A stretch of DNA of 64,000 bases from a bacterium. GTDB lineage: Bacteria; UBA8248; JACPRG01; G963555815. Under the pieces are notes generated by a model, which searched no databases, was not told where the DNA came from, and saw only the letters and a list, made by a program, of their open reading frames with translations. Numbering within the stretch: the stretch's first letter is position 1; each line of letters opens with the position of its first letter. Below are positions 31,389-41,708 of the stretch, piece after piece. Where the stretch lies: assembly GCA_965261595.1 (NCBI GenBank), contig CBDHDG010000004.1:800001-864000 (forward strand), read 5' to 3'. The translations under genes were made by a program, and so were the position numbers.

Positions 31389-32396
31389 GTGAAACGAGCT
31401 GGGGGTCTGTCCATCATTCTCGCATGGGCGGTTACGGCCTCGGGTTTTGCCGGCGCCGCTGAGGAATCCGTCACATTCACTCAGGCATGGACCATTCAGG
31501 GAACAACCTCGCCTTTTTATGCCGCCATCGAGCTGGGGTATTACAAGAAAGCCAATCTGAACGTGAAGATCGTCCGGGGGTTCGGCTCCTCCGACGCTAT
31601 CAAGAAGGTGGCCGCCGGCGCTTTCCCTTACGGGCTCGGCGACGCCGGCGCCGTGGTGATCGCGCGCTCCAGAGGCGCCAACGTCAAACTGCTGGCCTTG
31701 GAAACCGCTCAGTCTCAGCACGCCTGGCACGCGCTGAAAGGGTCCGGGATTCGCACGCCCAAGGACCTCGTAGGCAAGACCACCGGCGGTCCCGCGGGGG
31801 ACGTCCACAAGACGTTGTTTCCCGCGTTCGCCAAGGCCAACGGCATCGACCCGAAGACACTCACCTGGGTCACCATGCCGTCAAGCGCCGAGATCGGAAG
31901 CCTGTTCACCGGCAAGGTGGACGTCATTCCCTTCTTCACCATCGTCGCCCCGTTCATCAGAGGAGCGGCCAAAAAGGCGGGGAAAGAGGTCGTGACGATC
32001 CCGTGGGCCAAGTGGGGGATCGACATCTATTCGATCGGCGTCATCGCCACGGACGAAACCATTCAACGCAAGCGGGATCAGGTGAGGCGGTTTGTCGACG
32101 CGACGGTGCGCGGCATCGCTTGGGCCATCGAACACCCCGGCCGGGCCATCGAGATCATGAAAAAATACAACCCGGCGTCAAACGTCAAGTCGGCCAGGGA
32201 AAACTGGGAAATCAACATCGACAGCCTGCTGACGCCCGAAGCCGCAAAAATCGGGATCTCCATGATGGGCGAAAAAAAGATGCGGCTGACGCGGGATCTC
32301 ATGACCAAGCACACCCCGCTGAAAGTCGTCGTCCCCGTGAAAGACCTCTACACCAACGAGTTCATTCCAAGACTCTTTCCCAAGAGGGGGAAGTAG
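31389..32396 (+). CDS. NMT1/THI5/SsuA-like ABC substrate-binding protein
   Basis: Signal peptide, PFYAAIELGYY, GSGIRTPKDLVGK, YTNEF; AGGAGG RBS. Confidence 0.85.
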   Translation: MKRAGGLSIILAWAVTASGFAGAAEESVTFTQAWTIQGTTSPFYAAIELGYYKKANLNVKIVRGFGSSDAIKKVAAGAFPYGLGDAGAVVIARSRGANVKLLALETAQSQHAWHALKGSGIRTPKDLVGKTTGGPAGDVHKTLFPAFAKANGIDPKTLTWVTMPSSAEIGSLFTGKVDVIPFFTIVAPFIRGAAKKAGKEVVTIPWAKWGIDIYSIGVIATDETIQRKRDQVRRFVDATVRGIAWAIEHPGRAIEIMKKYNPASNVKSARENWEINIDSLLTPEAAKIGISMMGEKKMRLTRDLMTKHTPLKVVVPVKDLYTNEFIPRLFPKRGK

Positions 32397-32461
32397 GACG
32401 CTTCGAAGAAGAGCGCCTGATCGCTGAGGCGTGATCCGGAACCGGCGAAGATTTCACGGAC

Positions 32462-32518
32462 CGTCCCGAGCGGAACGAAGCGGCCACGCTGAGACCCTTC
32501 GCTCCGCTCGGGATGACA
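32462..32518. repeat. Intergenic REP-like inverted repeat
   Basis: TCCCGAGCGGAACGAAG...CTTCGCTCCGCTCGGGATGAC. Confidence 0.6.
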
Positions 32519-32578
32519 AGCGCGTCAATCAAGTTCGGCTTCCCTTCGGACCCCCCTCCATAGAAGGCCGGTGAGCCC

Positions 32579-34015
32579 TTGGCCGGATCGGACCACTTCA
32601 TCATCAAAGGCGGCTACGTCGTCACGATGAATCCCTCGCGCGAGGTGTTCGAGGAGGGATTCATCGAGATCGAGGGCAACCGCGTCTCCGCCGTCGGCGC
32701 CCTGCCCGACCTGCCGCCGGGCGCGCCGGCGGACCGGGTGATCGACGCCCGCGGGATGATCGTCATCCCGGGGCTGATCAACGCCCACCAGCATTTCTAC
32801 TACCACCTGTTCAAGGGGCTGGCGAACGGCCTGCTCATCGAGGACTGGTTCCCCGCCGTTGTCTTCCCCGTCGTCCCTTGCCTGACGGACGACGACATGG
32901 AGCTCACGGCCTACCTGGCGGGGATCGAGATGCTCCGCACGGGGACGACGTGCTGCCTCCACCACCTGCGGACCACGAGCTCGGACGAGACCCTGGGGAG
33001 GATCGCCCGGCCGACCGCCGAGCTCGGCTTCCGGCAGGTCATCGGCAAGGAGGTCCAGTGCCGCCTGCCGGGCAACCCGAGCCATCCCCGGGACCTGGAT
33101 GAGGAGATCGCCTACGTCGACGGGCTCATCCCGAAGTGGAACGGCGCCCACGGGGGCCTCGTCCGCCTGGCGCTGGTCACGGAGTGCAACTCCATCTTCA
33201 TCGACCAACAGGTCACCTCCGAGGCGCTTCTGGCGGAGGGGAAGAGGCTCGCCGACAAACACGGCCTGAAGATCGCCGCCCATTATTCCGGCGGGACCCT
33301 CTCGTTCGACAAGAATTACATGCAGGTCCTCCGCAAGACCGGCCGCACGGACGTCCAAACCCTCATGCAGCTCGGCCTCCTGGACGCGACGTACATCCTG
33401 GCCCACGGGATCAACGCCACCGAGACCGACATCGGACTGATGGCGGACGCGGGTTGCAGCTCGGTCTACACCCCGACGAGCGAAGCGGTGCGCGGCGGCG
33501 GGATCGGCCCCGCCGTCCCGATGCTGCGGGCGGGCGTCAACGTCGCCCTCGGCTCGGACGGACCGATGGTGGACTACTCCGTGGACATGGTGGAACAGAT
33601 GAAGGCCTGCTCCTTCCTCCAGAACACCAAGCACCTGGACCCCACCGCCATGAGTCCGGAGCAATGCCTGGAGATGGCCACGGTCAACGCGGCGAAGGCC
33701 CTGGGGATGGAGGGGGAAATCGGCTCGATCAAGACGGGCAAGCTGGCCGACCTGGCCGTCTTCGACCTCCACACGCCCCACGCGGCGGTCGTCCACAACC
33801 CGATATCGAGCCTCGTCTATTCCGCGAAGGGGACCGACGTCCACACCCTCATCGTGGACGGCCGGATCGTCATCGAAGGGGGAGCGCTCATGACGTTCTC
33901 GGACGAGGAAAAGGTGATACGGGACGCGACGGCCCGGGGAAAGGAGATCGCGGAGAAGGCGGGGCTGAAGGATCGGGCCCTGCCCCGGTGGCCGGGGCGA
34001 GAATCGGACCGTTAG
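32579..34015 (+). CDS. Metal-dependent amidohydrolase (SsnA/MtaD/TriA-like deaminase)
   Basis: PGLINAHQH, GTT, AHG, ALGSDG, GSIKTGKLADL. Confidence 0.88.
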   Translation: MAGSDHFIIKGGYVVTMNPSREVFEEGFIEIEGNRVSAVGALPDLPPGAPADRVIDARGMIVIPGLINAHQHFYYHLFKGLANGLLIEDWFPAVVFPVVPCLTDDDMELTAYLAGIEMLRTGTTCCLHHLRTTSSDETLGRIARPTAELGFRQVIGKEVQCRLPGNPSHPRDLDEEIAYVDGLIPKWNGAHGGLVRLALVTECNSIFIDQQVTSEALLAEGKRLADKHGLKIAAHYSGGTLSFDKNYMQVLRKTGRTDVQTLMQLGLLDATYILAHGINATETDIGLMADAGCSSVYTPTSEAVRGGGIGPAVPMLRAGVNVALGSDGPMVDYSVDMVEQMKACSFLQNTKHLDPTAMSPEQCLEMATVNAAKALGMEGEIGSIKTGKLADLAVFDLHTPHAAVVHNPISSLVYSAKGTDVHTLIVDGRIVIEGGALMTFSDEEKVIRDATARGKEIAEKAGLKDRALPRWPGRESDR

Positions 34016-34081
34016 CCCCGTCCGCCCGGGCGGGACGAACAGACCCGCAAGGCGCTTCCAAAAAGGTTTCTCAGGCTCCGC

Positions 34082-34813
34082 CTAAATATACCGCTGAAAC
34101 AGGATCATCACCCCCAGCGTAACGCTCACCAGCAGGCCGACGGTGGACTTGCCGCACTTTTCGTACGCCTCGGGAAGGATCTCGAGGAACACCATGAACA
34201 CCATCGCCCCCGCCGCGAATCCGAGACCGTAGGGCAGGAAAGGACGGAAGAGCTCCACGAAGAGGAATGCGGGAACGGCCATGAGGGGTTGGGGCAGGGA
34301 AGAGAAAATGCTCCACCCGGCGCAGGCCAGAACGCTGATCCCCTTGGGCCGCATGACCGCGCTGATGGCGAGGCCCTCGGGGATGTTGTGGACGGCGATC
34401 GCGATGGTGATCAGGGCCGCCAGCTTCGCTCCGCCCCCGAACGCGACGCCGACCGCCACGCCCTCGGAAAACGAATGGACGGTCATGATGCCCAGGACGA
34501 TGAGAACCTGCCGGGCGCTTCCCCCCTTCAGGTCCATCACCGAGACGTCCCGCCCTTCCAACACCCGGTGGCCCACGAGGATGAAGAGCACGCCGGCCCC
34601 CGCGCCGGCCAGCGTCTCCCAGGCGCCGTGTCTCGTCCCCTCGATAATCAACCCGAAGCTCGCCCCCAGCATCAGCCCGGAGGCGATGGCGTTGGCCTGC
34701 GAAACGGCTCGCGCGGAGATTTGCTTGATAAACAGGAACGGGACCGCCCCCAGGCCGGTCGCGAGGGCGGTGATGAGACCATAGACGAAGACGAGAAGAA
34801 CGGATTCGGTCAT
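34082..34813 (-). CDS. ZIP family (GufA/ZupT-like) metal transporter
   Basis: ASGLMLGAS, HSFSEG, HNIPEG, FAAGAM. Confidence 0.9.
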   Translation of the reverse strand: MTESVLLVFVYGLITALATGLGAVPFLFIKQISARAVSQANAIASGLMLGASFGLIIEGTRHGAWETLAGAGAGVLFILVGHRVLEGRDVSVMDLKGGSARQVLIVLGIMTVHSFSEGVAVGVAFGGGAKLAALITIAIAVHNIPEGLAISAVMRPKGISVLACAGWSIFSSLPQPLMAVPAFLFVELFRPFLPYGLGFAAGAMVFMVFLEILPEAYEKCGKSTVGLLVSVTLGVMILFQRYI

Positions 34814-34830
34814 CGGAAGCGGCCCCCGTC

Positions 34831-35613
34831 CTAGACGAAGAAACCCTTCAACAGGACCACCCCCCCCGTGGAGAAGCTCACCAGGAAGGCAATGCTCGTG
34901 TGCCCGGCCCGCTCATAAGACCCGGGGAGAAGCTCGGTCATGACGAGATAGACCAGCGCCCCCGACGCGAACCCCAGCGCCCAGGGAAGAATCCCCGGAA
35001 CGGCGGGCGTGACCGAGAAGACCACGATGGCCAGGAGGATCTGTGGGACATTCGTGACGATGCACAACCCGGCGCACTCCCCCAAGGACATGGTTCTCGT
35101 CCTCAGGAAATCGGTCAGGACCATCGCCTCGGCGATGTTGTGGACGGCCAGCGCAAGGGCCATGAAAATCCCGAGCTTCAGGCTCACCGCCATCGCGACG
35201 CCGATCGCGACCCCCTCCGAGGCGGAGTGGAGGGCGTTGAGGAGAATGAACTTCGCGCCGTAGCCCGGCTCGTACTCCTCCGCGGGCTTCGTCTCCAGCT
35301 CCTTCGTCCCGGTGTACGCATGCGTCCAGTAGGTGTACGCAACCCCCAGTCCCCCGCCGAGGACCACCGGCAGGGTCGCGCGTCCCAGGCCGTCCGCCAT
35401 CAGGACATACCCGGCCCCCAACATCAGGCCCGACGCCAGCGCATAGGCCCAACCGACCCACCGCACGGGGACGCTCGCGCCTCCACAAAAGGGCAACGCG
35501 CCCAACCCCGCCAATCCGGCCGCCAAGGACGAGAAGAGAACGACGGTCAGAATCGCTTCGTTGGACGCAACCACTTCCATGAGCTCGAAACCAGCCCTTT
35601 CCGGAAACCACAA
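34831..35613 (-). CDS. ZIP family metal transporter, second paralogue
   Basis: ASGLMLGAG, HSASEG, HNIAEA, FASGAL. Confidence 0.87.
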   Translation of the reverse strand: MWFPERAGFELMEVVASNEAILTVVLFSSLAAGLAGLGALPFCGGASVPVRWVGWAYALASGLMLGAGYVLMADGLGRATLPVVLGGGLGVAYTYWTHAYTGTKELETKPAEEYEPGYGAKFILLNALHSASEGVAIGVAMAVSLKLGIFMALALAVHNIAEAMVLTDFLRTRTMSLGECAGLCIVTNVPQILLAIVVFSVTPAVPGILPWALGFASGALVYLVMTELLPGSYERAGHTSIAFLVSFSTGGVVLLKGFFV

Positions 35614-35746
35614 CGCTCAACCCGGGTGAATCCCGAGGTACGTCGTCCGGATGCACGGCGTCCGAAAGCACGGGGGGTCGGCCGGCGGGTCGGAGGGATC
35701 GGCGGTCAACAGGGGAAGGCGTAACGCTCCAGCGGAGCGAAGTCCC

Positions 35747-36103
35747 TCACAACTTCCGGCCGTCCGGCGGATGGAGAGTGCGCCGGTGCGCGGGACCGAA
35801 GAAACCGGACTTCACACCGTGGCAATCCCGGCACTCTTCGGCCTCCCGAAACTTTCGCACCGTGTAGCGCGGCGTAATCTCCGCTACGTGGTTCGCGGCC
35901 GCGAAATCCCGGTGCACATGGCAGGAGCGGCAGTAATTGCTGATCACCCGGTTGTTTTCCGACGCCAGGAACTTTCCGCCCAGGGCCTGTTCGAGAGGGT
36001 CTTTCGCGCACGAAGCCAGTGTCAGGACGATGGCCGCCGCACAGGCGGCCACGACCGGACCCACCCACCGGGCGCCGAGGCGTCGGTTCGCGCGTTCACG
36101 CAA
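35747..36103 (-). CDS. Small diheme c-type cytochrome, probable lipoprotein
   Basis: Basic N-terminus, hydrophobic stretch and LASC lipobox; CRSCH and CRDCH heme motifs. Confidence 0.7.
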   Translation of the reverse strand: MRERANRRLGARWVGPVVAACAAAIVLTLASCAKDPLEQALGGKFLASENNRVISNYCRSCHVHRDFAAANHVAEITPRYTVRKFREAEECRDCHGVKSGFFGPAHRRTLHPPDGRKL

Positions 36104-36118
36104 CGTGGACCTCTCCGT

Positions 36119-37546
36119 TCATCGAACCGCCTCCTCCGGCCGCGCAACGTTCGGGACGGGGATGGGGTAGTCCCCGGTGAAACAGGCCGTGCAGTACATC
36201 CCCTCGGGAGCGCCGGGCGTCAAGCCGGCCCCTTCAGGCGGATGGTCTTTCGCCGCGTCGAGCATCCCCTCCAGGCTCAGGTACCCCAGGCTGTCCGCGC
36301 CCAGGAAGCGGCGGATCCCCTCCACCGGATGCGAGGCGGCGATGAGCTCGTCCCGGCTCGGCGTGTCGATGCCGTAAAAGCACGAGTGGGTGATGGGGGG
36401 CGAGCTGACCCGGAAGTGCACCTCCCGCGCGCCCGCGTGCCGGAGCATCTCCACGATCTTCTTCGCCGTCGTCGCCCGGACGATGGAATCATCCACCACG
36501 GCGACGCTTCGGCCTTTCAGCAGGTCGCTCACCGGGTTCAGTTTGACCTTCACGCCGAAATTCCGGATCGATTGGCGGGGCTCGATGAACGTCCGGCCTA
36601 CGTAGTGGTTCCGCACCAGACCCAGCTCGAACGGGAGGTCCGCCCGCAGCGCGTATCCCATCGCGGCGGGAACGCCGGAATCCGGAACGGGGATCACCAA
36701 TTCCGCCTCGGCCGGATGCTCTTCGGCCAAGCGCCTGCCCATCGCCTTGCGGATCCGGTACACGTTGCGGCCGAAGACCCGGCTGTCCGGCCGGGCGAAA
36801 TAGACCAGCTCGAACACACACGGCGTCGGCGTCCGGGGCTCGAAAGGCCGGATGGACCGGACGCCGGACGCGTCCACCACAACCATCTCGCCCGGATCGA
36901 CCTCCCGGGTCGCTTCGCCTTCGATGAGGTCGAGGGCGCAGCTCTCGGAAGCCAGGACGTGGGCGCGGCCCCGCCGCCCCAGGAAAAGCGGACGCAGGCC
37001 CCGCGCGTCCCGAACCCCGATGAGCTTGTCTTCCGTCATGAGCAGTAGGGAATAGGCCCCCTCGACCCGGCCCAGGGCCTCGGCCACCCGCTCTTCCAGC
37101 GTGTCGCGCTTGGACCGGGCAATCAGGTGAACGATCACCTCCGTGTCCACCGTGGACCGGAAAATGGCCCCCTCTTCCTCCAGCGCCCGGCGCATCGCGG
37201 GGGCGTTGACCAGGTTTCCGTTGTGCGCAACGGCCAGGCCTCCCCGCGAATAGGTGACCACAAAGGGTTGCGCATTGGAGAGATCGCTCGATCCGGAGGT
37301 CGAGTACCGGTTATGGCCGACGGCCAGGCTCCCCGGCAGGCGGCTCAGGCGCTCCTGCGTGAAGACATCGGCCACCAGCCCCATGCCGACCTCCAGGTGC
37401 AGCCGGGATCCGTCGGAGGCGACGATGCCCGCGCTTTCCTGTCCCCGGTGTTGCAGGGCATATAGGCCAAGACAGGCGATCCGGGCGGCCTCCGGGTCGC
37501 CCAGAATTCCGAATACCCCGCATTCGTCGCGGAAATGGTCAGTCAT
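36119..37546 (-). CDS. purF: Amidophosphoribosyltransferase
   Basis: propeptide-DECGVFG, QHRGQE, GHNRYST, VVDDSIVR. Confidence 0.97.
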   Translation of the reverse strand: MTDHFRDECGVFGILGDPEAARIACLGLYALQHRGQESAGIVASDGSRLHLEVGMGLVADVFTQERLSRLPGSLAVGHNRYSTSGSSDLSNAQPFVVTYSRGGLAVAHNGNLVNAPAMRRALEEEGAIFRSTVDTEVIVHLIARSKRDTLEERVAEALGRVEGAYSLLLMTEDKLIGVRDARGLRPLFLGRRGRAHVLASESCALDLIEGEATREVDPGEMVVVDASGVRSIRPFEPRTPTPCVFELVYFARPDSRVFGRNVYRIRKAMGRRLAEEHPAEAELVIPVPDSGVPAAMGYALRADLPFELGLVRNHYVGRTFIEPRQSIRNFGVKVKLNPVSDLLKGRSVAVVDDSIVRATTAKKIVEMLRHAGAREVHFRVSSPPITHSCFYGIDTPSRDELIAASHPVEGIRRFLGADSLGYLSLEGMLDAAKDHPPEGAGLTPGAPEGMYCTACFTGDYPIPVPNVARPEEAVR

Positions 37547-37588
37547 GAGTGATTGAGAACCGGGGATAAGGAAGGGAGGCGGCATTTT

Positions 37589-37915
37589 TCAGTTCTGGAA
37601 CGCGATCAGGATCTTCGCGGATTCGTCCCCGATCGCCACGGCGCCGTGAACGGCCTCTGGGGAGATGGTGATCACATCCCCCGCGTCCAGCATGACGGGT
37701 TCTTCTTCGATGATGAGCTTCATGCACCCCTCCAGGACGATGATCCACTCTTCCTGTTCGTGGGTGTGGTACGGGACCAGGACACCGGGGGACTGAACGG
37801 CGCCGAACACCTTGAAGTCCCGATCGGACATGGCCTCGACAATCTCTTCCGGCTTGGCGTCACAATCCAACCATTCCTGAACAGTGCCCACCGAGTAATA
37901 GGAATCTACGCTCAT
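37589..37915 (-). CDS. Cupin domain protein
   Basis: HTHEQEEW...LEG...GD.I.I....H. Confidence 0.8.
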   Translation of the reverse strand: MSVDSYYSVGTVQEWLDCDAKPEEIVEAMSDRDFKVFGAVQSPGVLVPYHTHEQEEWIIVLEGCMKLIIEEEPVMLDAGDVITISPEAVHGAVAIGDESAKILIAFQN

Positions 37916-38151
37916 AACGCAAACACACTCCCCGAAGACCGGGCGGAAAGGCCGGGACTCCCGCCTCCTTCAACCGCACCTTGACTCCATCCATTATAGG
38001 CGGCCCCTGCCTCGGCAAGTCAAGCGGCGGGGCGGCGGACAGACTCCGATCGGACCTCCAGGAGGCTTGCCAGGAATCCGGCCGGCCAGCGGCCGCCATG
38101 AATGAAGGAAAGCAATATTCATTCCTCAACGGAAAATCGGACCGCGCGCCC

Positions 38152-40467
38152 TCAAACCGGACCGAGCGCCCGCTCAAGCCCCGTGCGCCACGCCTCCCAC
38201 AGGTCCCGGACGGGGACGCTCCCCGCCGCTCCCGCGCCGCCGGAAACCTCGACCGAGAAGGATTCCCTTGTTACGCGCCCCAGGACGTCCAGCGCCACGC
38301 CCATCTCCCCGGCAACCGTTTCCAACCGGGGCAGCTCATCGGGGGGCAGTGAGACCACCACCCGTCCCTGGGCCTCGCCGAACAAAACCTCGTCCGGGCG
38401 TCCGTCCCGGACAATTTCCACCGATGCGCCCAGCGGCGGGTCGGCCAAAAGCCCGCTTTCGGCCAATGCGACCGCCAGCCCCCCGTCCGAGACATCGTGG
38501 CACGAAGAAAGAATCCCATCGGAGACGGCGCGCCGGCAAAGCCGATGCAGCGCGGCTTCCCGCTCCAAATCCACCGGCGGACAAGGCCCCCGCCTCTCCC
38601 CGAGAACGTTCCAGAGGTAGGCGCTTCCTCCCAGCTCCGGTTTCGCGGCTTCCCCCCCCGACGGACCCAGGAGGACCACCGAGTCCCCCTCGCGCTGAAA
38701 CGCCGCCGGACAGAACCTCGCCGCGTCCTTCAGCAGCCCCACCATCCCCACCGTCGGCGTCGGGTGGATGTTCTCGCCGCCGGTCTCGTTATAAAAGCTC
38801 ACGTTCCCGCTGACCACCGGGACATCCAGCGCCCGGCAGGCCTCGGATATCCCTTCCACCGCCTCGGAAAACTGCCACATCACCTCGGGCCGCTCCGGGT
38901 TCCCGAAGTTGAGACAGTCGGTAAGTCCGATCGGCTCGGCCCCGACGCAGGACAGGTTCCGGGCGGCCTCGGCGACGGCGATCCGCCCGCCCCCGCGCGG
39001 GTCCAGGGCGCAATAACGGGCGTTGCCGTCCACGGTGAGGGCCAACCCCTTCGAGGTCCCCTTGACCCGGAGGACGGCGGCGTCTCCCCCCGGCCGCAAG
39101 AGCGTGTCCGTGCGGACCATGTGATCGTACTGGGAATAGATGAAATGCTTGGAGGCGATGTTCGGGTGGGAGAGAAGCCGGAGCACCCCGTCCCTCAGGT
39201 CTTCTCCCGACAGGCGGGAGGGCAGCGCGCGCGCCTCCATGGAGGGATATTTGGGCTCACGGGGCGGAGACAGGGGTCGCGGCGGCCGCGGAACCTCGTC
39301 CACCAGAAGGGTGACGGGCAGGTCGGCCACGCAAAGCGCGCCGTCGAAAACACACAGACGCCTTTCCGCCGTGATCTCGCCGACGGCGGCGAAGGCCAAA
39401 TCCCATTTCTCGAATATCTCCGCGGCCCTCCGGAGTCCTTCGGGCCTGAGAACCATGAGCATCCGCTCCTGGGACTCCGAGAGCATCACCTCGTAGGGCG
39501 TCATCCCGGACTCCCGCCTCGGCACGCGGGAGACGTCGATGCGCACGCCCACGCCCCCCCGGGCGGCCATCTCGGCCGACGTGCTGGTGAGCCCGGCCGC
39601 GCCCATGTCCTGGATCGCGACGATCACGTCCGTCTCCATCAGCTCCAGACAGGCCTCGATGAGGAGCTTTTCCAGGAAGGGGTCGCCCACCTGAACGGCG
39701 GGGCGCTTTTCCGCCGCCTCGCCGCCGAACGATTCCGACGCCATCGCGGCCCCGTGGATCCCGTCCCGGCCCGTCCGGGCGCCCACGTAGATGACGGGGT
39801 TCCCCGCCCCGCCGGCGACCCCCCGGAAGATCCGGTCCGTCCTGACGACCCCCAGGCAAAACACGTTCACCAGGCAGTTCCCCGAATAGGAGGGATCGAC
39901 CGCCACCTCGCCGCCGACCGTGGGGACGCCGACGCTGTTCCCGTAGCCGGCGATCCCCGCGACGACCTCCTGGAGCAGGCGCCGATTCTTAGACTCCGAC
40001 AGCGGTCCGAACCGCAGGGAATTGAGCAGGGCCGCGGGCCGCGCGCCCATCGTGAAGATGTCCCGCAAGACCCCCCCCACCCCCGTCGCCGCGCCCTGAT
40101 AGGGCTCGATGTAGGAGGGGTGATTGTGGCTTTCCATCTTGAAGACCGCCGCGAGTCCGCCGCCGATGTCCACGACGCCGGCGTTCTCCCCCGGTCCTTG
40201 GAGGACGCGCGCGCCCTCGGTGGGGAGCTTCTTGAGGTGCGGCTTGGAGGACTTATAGGAGCAGTGCTCGCTCCACAGGGCGGAGAGGATGCCCAGCTCC
40301 GTAAAGCTCAGCCCCCGGCCGAGGACCTCCAGGGCGTGGGCGAACTCGGCCGCCGTCAGGCCGTGCTCGGCGACGAGCCCCGGCGTGACCTCGGGATCGG
40401 CCGGACGCGCGGCCGGGCCGGGGGAAGCGGGGGGGGGAGGGGGGGAGGGGGGGGAGCGGTCTGTCAT
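38152..40467 (-). CDS. purL: FGAM synthase subunit PurL
   Basis: [39 protein letters not shown]. Confidence 0.97.
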   Translation of the reverse strand: MTDRSPPSPPPPPASPGPAARPADPEVTPGLVAEHGLTAAEFAHALEVLGRGLSFTELGILSALWSEHCSYKSSKPHLKKLPTEGARVLQGPGENAGVVDIGGGLAAVFKMESHNHPSYIEPYQGAATGVGGVLRDIFTMGARPAALLNSLRFGPLSESKNRRLLQEVVAGIAGYGNSVGVPTVGGEVAVDPSYSGNCLVNVFCLGVVRTDRIFRGVAGGAGNPVIYVGARTGRDGIHGAAMASESFGGEAAEKRPAVQVGDPFLEKLLIEACLELMETDVIVAIQDMGAAGLTSTSAEMAARGGVGVRIDVSRVPRRESGMTPYEVMLSESQERMLMVLRPEGLRRAAEIFEKWDLAFAAVGEITAERRLCVFDGALCVADLPVTLLVDEVPRPPRPLSPPREPKYPSMEARALPSRLSGEDLRDGVLRLLSHPNIASKHFIYSQYDHMVRTDTLLRPGGDAAVLRVKGTSKGLALTVDGNARYCALDPRGGGRIAVAEAARNLSCVGAEPIGLTDCLNFGNPERPEVMWQFSEAVEGISEACRALDVPVVSGNVSFYNETGGENIHPTPTVGMVGLLKDAARFCPAAFQREGDSVVLLGPSGGEAAKPELGGSAYLWNVLGERRGPCPPVDLEREAALHRLCRRAVSDGILSSCHDVSDGGLAVALAESGLLADPPLGASVEIVRDGRPDEVLFGEAQGRVVVSLPPDELPRLETVAGEMGVALDVLGRVTRESFSVEVSGGAGAAGSVPVRDLWEAWRTGLERALGPV

Positions 40468-41159
40468 GACTTGGAGGCGAACCCCTCAATGAGAGATTCG
40501 AGGAGCAGCCGTCCGTCCACGCCGCCGATGGAATCCTCGCAGGCCCGCTCGGGGTGAGGCATCATTCCCAGGATGTTCCGGCCCTCGTTGCAGATGCCGG
40601 CGATGTTGAAGAGGGCGCCATTGGGATTGGCTTCTTCCGTCACGCGCCCGTCCGGGCCGGCGTATCGAAAGACAATCCGGTCCTCGGCCTCCAGCCGGCT
40701 CAATGTCTCGGGGTCGGTGAAATAGTTTCCTTCCATGTGGGCGATGGGAATCCGGAGGGTCCGGTCCTTGAGGTTCCGGGTGAACGGGGTCGCCCCGCTC
40801 TCGACGCGGACGTGAACGTCTCGGCAGATGAACCGGAGCGATCGGTTCCGCAGCATGGCGCCGGGCAGCAGGCCGGCTTCGAGGAGGATCTGAAAACCGT
40901 TGCAGATGCCGAGGACGAGCCCGCCCCCGCGGGCGAACGCCTCGACCGCCCGCATGACCGGCGAGAACCGCGCCATGGCGCCCGTGCGCAGGTAGTCGCC
41001 GTAGGAAAACCCGCCGGGCAGGATCACGCAATCCAGGCCGCCGAAGTCCGGCTCCTTGTGCCAAAGAAACCGGGTCTCCCGCCCCAGAACGCGCTTGAGG
41101 GCGTGATAACAGTCGTGGTCGCAGTTGGAGCCGGGGAACGTGACGACGCCGAATTTCAC
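40464..41159 (-). CDS. purQ: FGAM synthase glutaminase subunit
   Basis: [31 protein letters not shown]. Confidence 0.97.
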   Translation of the reverse strand: MKFGVVTFPGSNCDHDCYHALKRVLGRETRFLWHKEPDFGGLDCVILPGGFSYGDYLRTGAMARFSPVMRAVEAFARGGGLVLGICNGFQILLEAGLLPGAMLRNRSLRFICRDVHVRVESGATPFTRNLKDRTLRIPIAHMEGNYFTDPETLSRLEAEDRIVFRYAGPDGRVTEEANPNGALFNIAGICNEGRNILGMMPHPERACEDSIGGVDGRLLLESLIEGFASKS

Positions 41160-41276
41160 GGGGAAAGCGATGCCTCTGGATGGAGGGTGGGGGCGGACGA
41201 ACACGCATTTCCCGCCACCCCTTCGTGTGGTGTTTCCTAAATGTCTTTATACATCGAGACCCGAATTGCCCCTTGC

Positions 41277-41358
41277 GGCCGGGCAGGATGCCCGGCCTGG
41301 CGGCCCGTGGAAAACGAGTGTAGTCAAGTCAGGCAGGGCGGGCATCCTGCCCGCCTTC
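41277..41358. repeat. REP-like palindrome pair between purS and purQ
   Basis: GGCCGGGCAGGATGCCCGGCC ... GGCGGGCATCCTGCCCGCC, same family as 12224-12306. Confidence 0.7.
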
Positions 41359-41453
41359 AGCTCTCATCGGCCTCGCGGGGCCACCTCCGCTATTCGTAAA
41401 ACAACAATTTCTTTTCAAGCGTCCGTATTGGCAACTGAATAAGTGCATGGCGC

Positions 41454-41708
41454 CTAACCCTCTTCCGACCACTCGACCCGGAAATCCTCGATGACGGGGT
41501 TCGCCAGGACCTGCTCGGACATGGCGCGGAGGCGGTCATCGAGGTCTTTCCCCGAAGGATGATCCAACGCCACTTCGATGAACTTTCCCACGCGGACCTC
41601 GGTCACCTCGTCGAACCCCAGGGAGGCCAGAACGCCCTGGACCGCGAGGCCCTGGGGCTCCAGGACGCCTGGTTTGTACGTGACGTAGACCCGCGCCTTG
41701 GGCATCAA
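41454..41708 (-). CDS. purS: FGAM synthase subunit PurS
   Basis: KPGVLEPQG, VRVGK, LANPVIE. Confidence 0.95.
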   Translation of the reverse strand: MMPKARVYVTYKPGVLEPQGLAVQGVLASLGFDEVTEVRVGKFIEVALDHPSGKDLDDRLRAMSEQVLANPVIEDFRVEWSEEG

